Positions 56,849-64,000 of a DNA stretch of 64,000 nt are shown in pieces. Both the position numbers and the translations under genes were made by a program. This DNA is from a virus. Location of the stretch: positions 29,293-93,292 of the IMG/VR virus record IMGVR_UViG_3300031537_000001. The stretch is one strand, 5' to 3'. Numbering within the stretch: the stretch's first letter is position 1; each line of letters starts with the position of its first letter. Under the pieces are notes generated by a model, which was given only the letters and a program-made list of their open reading frames with translations, ran no database searches and was not told the origin of the DNA.

Positions 56849-57247
56849 TTAAACTTTTTTGGTATTTAATAGTAACTCAATTTTTGTAGAAATTTGTATT
56901 AACAAATTAGTATGGCTTTCAACTTCATCAATGTTGTTTTTCAATAATTCATTTTGTTCTTTTTTCAACTCTATAAATCTAACCAGAATATTCTTTAATT
57001 CTACTAGCATTTCCTTATCAGCTTCTCTTACTTTAAGTAATATCTCATTAAGTTCTTTTACTTCGGTAGCTTTTTGAGTTTGTAATGTATTTATAATAGT
57101 CTCTTTTTTATTAAGTGTTCGGTACATAAAATATATACCTGCTAATAAAACTAATAATAATAACGCAAGTATAGGATCTAATAAACTTATTTGTTTAATA
57201 ACATCAACTCCAACATTAGTTCCCTTTTCAACCATAATAGTATCCAT
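56849..57247 (-). CDS. single-TM coiled-coil protein (holin-like)
   Basis: ILALLLLVLLAGIYFMY followed by a coiled coil. Confidence 0.55.
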   Translation of the reverse strand: MDTIMVEKGTNVGVDVIKQISLLDPILALLLLVLLAGIYFMYRTLNKKETIINTLQTQKATEVKELNEILLKVREADKEMLVELKNILVRFIELKKEQNELLKNNIDEVESHTNLLIQISTKIELLLNTKKV

Positions 57248-57268
57248 AAGTATTCAAGAATAAAAATA

Positions 57269-57976
57269 TTAATTAAATGATAATTTGACAAGCCCTTGAG
57301 CACCGTATCCACCAACAAAAGATTCTGATATAGAAGCATCAGCAGTAAATGCACCACTACCACCTGCACCATAATTAGCTCCACCCTGACCAGCCCAATA
57401 ATCAGATGAATACCCATCTCCACCTTTACCACTATAGCCACCTAATGAAGCTCCACCAGTTGTTGCAGAAGCTGAATTACCATTTTGAGTTTCTATTGGA
57501 GAACCACCACCACCTCCAGAATATATAGATGGGTCACCGTTTGCTCCATCTCCTCCTTTATAAACAACATCACCTATGCCATTTATATATGATCCAGTTC
57601 CTTTTGCAGCACCATCAGCAGATTGACCACCAGAAGCAATACATATATCAATACTATTAATCGAAACTATACTAGAATTTCCATGGGCTGCACTTCCTGC
57701 AGTTCCATATCTAATTGCAGCAACTTGGATATCAATAGTATGTCCTACAGTTGGGCTACTTATAGTTTTTGCAACGTATTGTCCTGCTGCTCCACCACCT
57801 TCATTTCCTTGTGTATTCGCTGGAATTCCTGCACCTGCACCGCCTCCACCCCAACATTCAATAATTAGTTGAGTACAACCAGAAGGAATAGTAGTATTAA
57901 ATATACCAGGTGTAGAATACACCGTAGAATAAGGTGTAAAATTAGGTTGTTGTAATATTCCAAATATTAAACTCAT
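57269..57976 (-). CDS. glycine-rich tail-associated protein
   Basis: IECWGGGGAG...GGYGAQGLV; likely start MSLIFG at 57976. Confidence 0.75.
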   Translation of the reverse strand: MSLIFGILQQPNFTPYSTVYSTPGIFNTTIPSGCTQLIIECWGGGGAGAGIPANTQGNEGGGAAGQYVAKTISSPTVGHTIDIQVAAIRYGTAGSAAHGNSSIVSINSIDICIASGGQSADGAAKGTGSYINGIGDVVYKGGDGANGDPSIYSGGGGGSPIETQNGNSASATTGGASLGGYSGKGGDGYSSDYWAGQGGANYGAGGSGAFTADASISESFVGGYGAQGLVKLSFN

Positions 57977-57981
57977 AGTTT

Positions 57982-60051
57982 TTAAGCCTCCAAAAATCCA
58001 ACAATAACACACTCAGTAGCACTACGAAAGTAAATAGAAACTCCCTTCCATTGTGTTGCTAATTTTCTATTTGCATTCTCATAATATAATGTTACTCCAC
58101 TTCCTGCTACTAGAGTTATATCACCTGTATTTATATTAATAAGATCACATTGAAATCCATCTGACATTTGATCTATAGTAAAGTTAAAATCTGATGTACT
58201 ATTCATTTCAACTACACCTGTATTATCAGTAGAAACAAGAGATGCTGTGGTTGTTACTGCACGTCTTGGTTTAAGAAGTAATGTATAATAGTTATCAAAA
58301 TATGTCTTATCAAATAAATAAACAACATTCCATGAACTTGCATCTGTTCCTGTAATTAATATACATTCTATTTTTATAGTTTGTCCAGCAGGAATAGTTG
58401 TAATTAAATTAGAACCAGAGCTGTTAACAGTTATAATTCCAGTTGATTTATTTGTAATCTCAAATGATCTACCTAATACTAAAGTTGTAACATCAGGCAT
58501 AACAACCGTTTGAGTAGTTGATCCTGTAAATATTTGTTTATAATTACTACTTACAGTTAATGTAGTTATACCTGTTGCTGTTGCCTGAGTAGAAAAACCA
58601 TTGATATTTGGGGCTAATGTAATTCCTGTAACTTTGAAATCTCCGTCGCTGTAAGAACTTACAAAATGAACTGTTCCCGCTCCGGAATAAGTTGTTTTAG
58701 CCGTTAGTTTGTCGAAAGTGCTATTCCAAATATCACCCGTTGCTATATTACATCCTACAGAAGCACCTACAGAAGTTAATATCATTACATTATGCCTTGA
58801 TTCTATAACTGCTCCACCAGCAGTTGAATCAATCCAAAAGCCATATGCAGAAGCATCACAATCGATTACGATTCGGTTCTGAATAAATATAGCACTTGTA
58901 CCTGTTCCATATAACCACAATCCAGTGGCACTTACAGCATAGCCATCGGCATCTAAATTAATTAGGTTATTTGAAAGTATACAACTACCGGTTACATTTG
59001 CTGTTGTTTCAAATCCTACAATATCGTTGTTAGGATTTATTGTAGATACATTAATTTCATTATTGTTCATGATCACGTCAGTCAAAGTACCTGATTGAAG
59101 TATAGCTGATTGAATCAAATAAGTACCGGCAATTGCTGTATTGTTGAAATAATTTATATAACAGTCTGACATTCTGAAAGAACCTGCTGCTATTTCAATA
59201 GCATGCATTAAATAGTCACCTGCTGTTTTTGTTACAGTTATATCGCAATCTTTCAGTACCGAATCTAATCCTGATGAAACAATAGCGGATGAATTAACAG
59301 TTAATGTACCATAATCAACTACTATCCCTAATTCCGAAACCGTACATTTTGTAGAAGAAAATATTAAAACTGTACCTGATATTGCGGCTATAATTGTGTT
59401 TGTGCGTCCTGAACCTACAATATCAATATAATCTTTACATACTACGTTTTCATTATATACCCCTGAATATATATATATACAGTATCTTTTTATTGTTGTC
59501 GCATCAGTTATAGAATCAATTGCATCTTGTATAATTGTATAATCACAACCTGATTTCCCGACTGTAACTATCTGAGATGGATGGCCAGTTTTTGAATTTA
59601 ACTGTGTCTGAATAGTTGCTGTAACACCTTTTACATAAGATAATTCTATTAATGAAGGATAAGTTGCTACAGGTAGTGATTGTAGTTTCTTATTAACATC
59701 AGTTGATACTAATTCTGAAGCGGTCAATGAATTCTGTATAGGTTGTCCCCCTGATATTGTTTGAGGACTACTTTGATCAAGATTAAGTTTAGTATCTAAT
59801 TCAGCCTGTAAATCTATCTCACTTGGAATTTTAACCCAATTTAAATTATTTTCTAAATCAGAATCCACTGTCCCTAACTTCAACTGATACTCATTATGGT
59901 CCTCTTCTACACTTACCAACATCATATCATACCTATTTATCAAAGGTATAGCATCACGTTCAACTAAAGTTAAAGCTGATACTTTTGCATCTAATGGTTT
60001 TTGAACTCTTAATTCAAAATTAAATGACTTGGGTATATCTCCTTCTGGCAT
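57982..60051 (-). CDS. tail fibre/spike with pectin-lyase-like beta-helix
   Basis: PLDAK..RYDMMLV N-terminal anchor; VGKSGCDYTIIQDAID..GVYNENV beta-helix cap. Confidence 0.75.
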   Translation of the reverse strand: MPEGDIPKSFNFELRVQKPLDAKVSALTLVERDAIPLINRYDMMLVSVEEDHNEYQLKLGTVDSDLENNLNWVKIPSEIDLQAELDTKLNLDQSSPQTISGGQPIQNSLTASELVSTDVNKKLQSLPVATYPSLIELSYVKGVTATIQTQLNSKTGHPSQIVTVGKSGCDYTIIQDAIDSITDATTIKRYCIYIYSGVYNENVVCKDYIDIVGSGRTNTIIAAISGTVLIFSSTKCTVSELGIVVDYGTLTVNSSAIVSSGLDSVLKDCDITVTKTAGDYLMHAIEIAAGSFRMSDCYINYFNNTAIAGTYLIQSAILQSGTLTDVIMNNNEINVSTINPNNDIVGFETTANVTGSCILSNNLINLDADGYAVSATGLWLYGTGTSAIFIQNRIVIDCDASAYGFWIDSTAGGAVIESRHNVMILTSVGASVGCNIATGDIWNSTFDKLTAKTTYSGAGTVHFVSSYSDGDFKVTGITLAPNINGFSTQATATGITTLTVSSNYKQIFTGSTTQTVVMPDVTTLVLGRSFEITNKSTGIITVNSSGSNLITTIPAGQTIKIECILITGTDASSWNVVYLFDKTYFDNYYTLLLKPRRAVTTTASLVSTDNTGVVEMNSTSDFNFTIDQMSDGFQCDLININTGDITLVAGSGVTLYYENANRKLATQWKGVSIYFRSATECVIVGFLEA

Positions 60052-60638
60052 TATATAATAAATTTAAGTGAAAAATTACCTTGAGTTGTAATAGATTCAG
60101 ATTCATATACATAATAAAGTATACTACCTAAATCAGGAATATCAAATGATTCTGATCTTTGTGTAAACCCATTTAAAACCTCATCATCGTCAGGATCAAG
60201 TATGGAAGACAATTCGCCTAAAGATTGAGGATAACAGAAATAAAATACTTCTAAAGTAGGATTAAATATTAAAGATATATCAATACCATTTCCAAATAAT
60301 TCTATAGACTGAGTTAGATTTGCCTGTAATTGAGACACAGTTAAATTCTGTGCACCTACTCCATAATATAAAATAGGATTAGTTACATTAATAACATCTG
60401 GAATTTTGTACATAATTCCAAATAACCTTAACAAATGTATAAGCTTTTTATAAAGTTGTAATTGAATATTAGTAGTTAATATTCCTGTATTAAGTAAAGA
60501 AAATAATATAGTAATATGTAAAATAGAAGAAAAATCTGCCTTACCATCTATCTTTAATTTATTATGCAATCTTTGATAGATACTTGATTTTATTGTATCT
60601 TCTTTACTTAAAATATAGTTTATTTTATAATCTAACAT
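60051..60638 (-). CDS. putative tail-fibre-associated structural protein
   Basis: TAATG-coupled to the fibre gene; YFCYPQSLGELSSILD motif. Confidence 0.6.
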   Translation of the reverse strand: MLDYKINYILSKEDTIKSSIYQRLHNKLKIDGKADFSSILHITILFSLLNTGILTTNIQLQLYKKLIHLLRLFGIMYKIPDVINVTNPILYYGVGAQNLTVSQLQANLTQSIELFGNGIDISLIFNPTLEVFYFCYPQSLGELSSILDPDDDEVLNGFTQRSESFDIPDLGSILYYVYESESITTQGNFSLKFII

Positions 60639-60689
60639 AGCTAATCATTTGATAAATAAAATCGTTATTAAGTTGTATTTTTGATGCTA

Positions 60690-62579
60690 TCATGATTTCA
60701 AAATTAATAGTCCATAATGTGCAGGTACAGTTAATTCCTGGGAGCTTACATCAACTCCATTCACATCTTCATATCCAGAAGGTGCAATTATAGTAATATC
60801 TGAATCGGTTTCATTAGTGTAAAGTTTTACATCTTCAAGAGCTTGCGCCTCACTAACATAACTCAACCAATTTAATTTTTCTATACTATCAGTATCGTAA
60901 CCATAAGCCGCTTGTAATGCAGCAAGATTTCCTAAATTAGAAATTACATTGCTTCTGTATGGTCTTAAATAAATATTTTCCTCTGCATTTCCATCAGGGC
61001 TAAAACAATCAAAATCATAACTAATTAATACATTTGTTCCGTTGGAACGGTTGCATATTATATTTCGATTAAATACAAAATCCTTACCAGCCGGAACAAT
61101 TCCATCGGTTATGTTGTGGATATATACCATTGTTTTATCTGCATCAAGAAAAATATTATCTTCAAGTATAGTATCTGTAGTGCCATCGTTTACTTTTACG
61201 CAATAATTAGAACTGCCATAAACTACGTTGTGATGAATATTATTTTTCCCACTTCTGTTATCTTGGAATATACCGCAATTTGCAACATTTCGAGTAATAT
61301 TGTATATAATATTGTGGTCTATCTCTATATCTTCTGCTAATTGAGGATATGCATTCCTGTAGAAAAATGTGTAAATTCCAGCTCCATCGTCAAATCTTGT
61401 TAATATATCATGAATCACATTATTATAGATTCTACCATTATAAGCGGCATTTGTAGATAATCCATTATAAGCTGTATTATATATTGTATTGTCATGAATA
61501 GAAAAAATGTTGGCGAAATATGTTAAATCTGATATATTTGTAGCCACAACGATTCCAGACCCGATTATGGAATTCCTATTATTTACGGAATAATCTTCTT
61601 TTATCCATCCATAGTTTGACTGAGTGCCGCAATTAGAAACCGTGTTTCTGTAAATATTAAAATACTGTATATTTCCAATTATTACTCCACAAGCTCCAAT
61701 TTCGCTAATAATATTATCATATATGTTTATGTTTGAAGACCTTGAGATTATTCTAATTCCGTCCTCCCTGCAATCATAGATATTACAATTATTGATATTT
61801 AGTTGACTAATTACATAAATATTATTGTAAATTGCAGCCTCAAAGAAGTGTTTAAAATCTATATTTCTTATAGTTACATTATTACCTGTAACATTAAACC
61901 CTGAATCTTCAACAACTGAATTAATTTCGTAATTGCTGGGGGCAGATGGTAATTTTACATAAAGTTTGCCGCCTTCAAAACACCAATCATAATTGTCGGT
62001 AAGAAGTGTTTGAAGATTTAAGAATTTTACTTTTTGAGCTTTACCCCCATTTGTTAATAATCCAAATTCATGAGTCCTGTCAACTGTAACTGTGCCTGAA
62101 CTATATCCAGTAACCGTATATTCTCGTGAAAGATTAAACATTGACTTAAAGTCGACTACCAAAGCCCCTGTAGGGTCTATACTCAAATCTCCTGAATCTA
62201 TTCCAAATTGATCTGTATCTGGGATTGATACAATATCAATCCAGTCTGTCTCACACATTTTTGCTTCATACCCTGTAATATACAGCCATTTTGTTGCACT
62301 TTTGGGAGTTATTGAGTAAATTCCATCGCCTTCATCCGTCCAAACTTCCTGACCTAAATCTACAGAACCTCTACAAATTGGAGCAAGTCCAGTTCCGTAT
62401 GGTTCAACAATAATATTATCAACGTTAAGATTTTTTGCCAAATAAAATTCCTGTCCCCTTGCTAATCTATAAGTCTTATTTGCCTCGAAAGCAAGTGCAT
62501 CAAGCTCTGATTGGTTGGCAATATTCACATTATTTGTTGAAATATTATTTTTAGCCGTTAAAACATGAGGCGCTATCAT
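60690..62579 (-). CDS. right-handed parallel beta-helix protein (tailspike/depolymerase-like)
   Basis: Many N/I-rich rungs (NINIYDNIISE, IYNNVIHD, DDGAGIY, IHHNVVY). Confidence 0.8.
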   Translation of the reverse strand: MIAPHVLTAKNNISTNNVNIANQSELDALAFEANKTYRLARGQEFYLAKNLNVDNIIVEPYGTGLAPICRGSVDLGQEVWTDEGDGIYSITPKSATKWLYITGYEAKMCETDWIDIVSIPDTDQFGIDSGDLSIDPTGALVVDFKSMFNLSREYTVTGYSSGTVTVDRTHEFGLLTNGGKAQKVKFLNLQTLLTDNYDWCFEGGKLYVKLPSAPSNYEINSVVEDSGFNVTGNNVTIRNIDFKHFFEAAIYNNIYVISQLNINNCNIYDCREDGIRIISRSSNINIYDNIISEIGACGVIIGNIQYFNIYRNTVSNCGTQSNYGWIKEDYSVNNRNSIIGSGIVVATNISDLTYFANIFSIHDNTIYNTAYNGLSTNAAYNGRIYNNVIHDILTRFDDGAGIYTFFYRNAYPQLAEDIEIDHNIIYNITRNVANCGIFQDNRSGKNNIHHNVVYGSSNYCVKVNDGTTDTILEDNIFLDADKTMVYIHNITDGIVPAGKDFVFNRNIICNRSNGTNVLISYDFDCFSPDGNAEENIYLRPYRSNVISNLGNLAALQAAYGYDTDSIEKLNWLSYVSEAQALEDVKLYTNETDSDITIIAPSGYEDVNGVDVSSQELTVPAHYGLLILKS

Positions 62580-63964
62580 TATTCAGGTGTTTCAGTTAAA
62601 TAATCATTATTCGTAATATAAAAATCGGATATACTCATATGTCCGGTATATCCACCGGAACTTGAAATTCTCATTAAAAAGAACCTTGCTTCTAATGTAG
62701 CAATATTTGATTCTAATAAAATACTCCACTCACTTCCAGTCCAGTAGCTTACAATTACTTCTCCTGTCGAATAGGTATGTTTGATTTTTACTCTTGTATT
62801 TCTTGCAACAGACGATTCATAACTATCTATAACTGAGCCATCTTCTTTAGTCACTGCTCTTATATTGTTGTATCCTGAAGATGATTTCGTTATCAGGATA
62901 CTATCATCAGTGTCTGCATCAGAAGTTACAACAAAATTAAACGATATTGTAGAAAGATTGTTCCAATCGACAATGAAATTAAATACTAAAATATTATCTG
63001 TAAATGAGTTAGAGTATACTCCAGTAAAATAAGAATGTGCTGCCGTTGTGGTTACTGATAAAGTTAAAAATCCAACTGTTTGAGCTAACTCAATTCCGGC
63101 AGGTGGACTATTGACATTCCAAATATCTGTATCAATACTGGTATCTGGGAAATCATCTTGCATTAATATAGTTAAGCTCGCTTCTGTTGTTGCATTTTCA
63201 GTATTAGAGTATTCAGAATCTACCGTAGTAATTCCATTTCCCACATCCTTAACTTTGAAAAAATATTCTGTATCATTGTCAAGTCCTGTTACTGACTTGG
63301 TTGTTGCATCTGCACTTGCTGTCGTTGTTTGCGGGTCTGAATCGAATGTATCAACTGTGTCATAAGTGATTTCCACACTTTCCTCTTGTGGGTCTGAATT
63401 TGGGTCAGTGAATACCAAATCTATTTGGCCCATTCCATTAGCGGTTGCCGAAGTCAATACAGGTGCTGTTAATTGAGTAGGCTCGACATATAGAGTAGAA
63501 TCTAAGACGATAAGATTGTATTTTTCATTACTTACATCTGAACATTCTAAAACAAATCTATATCTTTCACCATTTACAGGTGTAAAAATACGTCCTACGA
63601 ACGTACCGTTAATTGTATTATTAATTATTGATTCTGCCCCACTTGGAAATATGATTGTATTTCCATCCGAAACAACTATTCTTGAAGTAACTTTGCCGAA
63701 AATTGCACCCGTCCAGTCAATTGTAAGTACAATAGCTCCGCTTTGTGTGTGTGCATTTTCATTGAATGAACCATAATTATTGTCGAAAGTTATTTCTGTA
63801 TTCCAGGCCTGTGCTTGGTCTAATGTTCCTCCACCTCCGTCTTTAAGAGAATAAATTTTTATCTCATCTATAGTAACTTCATATATAAATCCATCCTTAT
63901 CTAATACAGAAAAATACTCTTCCCCGGTTGGACCTTCCGGTAATATTCTACCTTTTCTTCCCAT
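62579..63964 (-). CDS. virion adhesion protein with fibronectin type III and lectin-like domains
   Basis: APVLTSA..IDLVF..VTGLDNDTEYFFKV..SEYS; DDFPDTSIDTDIW beta-sandwich. Confidence 0.75.
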   Translation of the reverse strand: MGRKGRILPEGPTGEEYFSVLDKDGFIYEVTIDEIKIYSLKDGGGGTLDQAQAWNTEITFDNNYGSFNENAHTQSGAIVLTIDWTGAIFGKVTSRIVVSDGNTIIFPSGAESIINNTINGTFVGRIFTPVNGERYRFVLECSDVSNEKYNLIVLDSTLYVEPTQLTAPVLTSATANGMGQIDLVFTDPNSDPQEESVEITYDTVDTFDSDPQTTTASADATTKSVTGLDNDTEYFFKVKDVGNGITTVDSEYSNTENATTEASLTILMQDDFPDTSIDTDIWNVNSPPAGIELAQTVGFLTLSVTTTAAHSYFTGVYSNSFTDNILVFNFIVDWNNLSTISFNFVVTSDADTDDSILITKSSSGYNNIRAVTKEDGSVIDSYESSVARNTRVKIKHTYSTGEVIVSYWTGSEWSILLESNIATLEARFFLMRISSSGGYTGHMSISDFYITNNDYLTETPE

Positions 63965-63967
63965 AAT

Positions 63968-64000
63968 TTACCGTATTACATATTTACCATTAATAATCCA
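63968..64000 (-). CDS. C-terminal end of a gene continuing outside the window
   Basis: ...WIINGKYVIR* ending 3 nt before the next ATG. Confidence 0.35.
   Translation of the reverse strand, partial: WIINGKYVIR

Noticed and set aside
57187-57441. Overlapping 84-aa hydrophobic ORF as a spanin or holin
   Set aside because: It is an alternate frame of the Gly-rich gene (GGT repeats read as Val) and has no lipobox.
2281-63776. Short opposite-strand or nested ORFs in the track (e.g. 7934-8275, 39024-39431, 44079-44405, 53803-54102, 63111-63365)
   Set aside because: They are shadow frames inside well-supported genes, with Ser/Leu/Phe-rich antisense composition.
57269-63964. Diversity-generating retroelement target or invertible tail-fibre cassette
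   Set aside because: No reverse transcriptase, recombinase or template/variable repeat pair is visible in the window.

Overview
AT-rich (roughly 28-30% GC by eye) 64-kb fragment of a large Bacteroidota phage of the crAss-like type (Crassvirales or a close relative), read in the standard genetic code. The + strand has four blocks. (i) 1-17.1 kb, replication: truncated ClpX-like ATPase, PolA, SF2 helicase, DnaB-like helicase, Sak4-like ATPase, putative SSB, DnaG primase, rIIA/rIIB, resolvase, 5'-3' exonuclease. (ii) 17.1-24.3 kb, accessory genes: lysozyme, dNMP kinase, small genes, and a decaying array of small genes flanked by inverted repeats and hairpins. (iii) 24.36-29.85 kb, after a terminator and a Bacteroidota-type -7 promoter: tail ring, IHF-like, tubular and muzzle genes. 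(iv) 29.9-56.2 kb, virion cargo/ejection genes: a 2823-aa virion RNA polymerase with a zincin domain, ferritin, NlpC/P60 and M23 hydrolases, a RecD/Dda-like helicase and a large membrane-associated protein. The - strand (56.2-64 kb) carries cupin, holin-like, glycine-rich and beta-helix/FN3 tail fibre or spike genes. The most striking unexplained signal is in the four giant cargo proteins (about 6,600 aa). They are almost cysteine-free, yet carry single cysteines where a linear head-to-tail chain would need them: C-terminus only, both ends, both ends, N-terminus only. This suggests a cysteine-clasped 'ejection train' that links the RNA polymerase to a helicase. Related signals are recurrent xxGG/AxxG putative processing motifs, a cargo domain split across gene junctions, and a candidate -1 frameshift. 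All family assignments come from motif recognition by eye; no searches were run.
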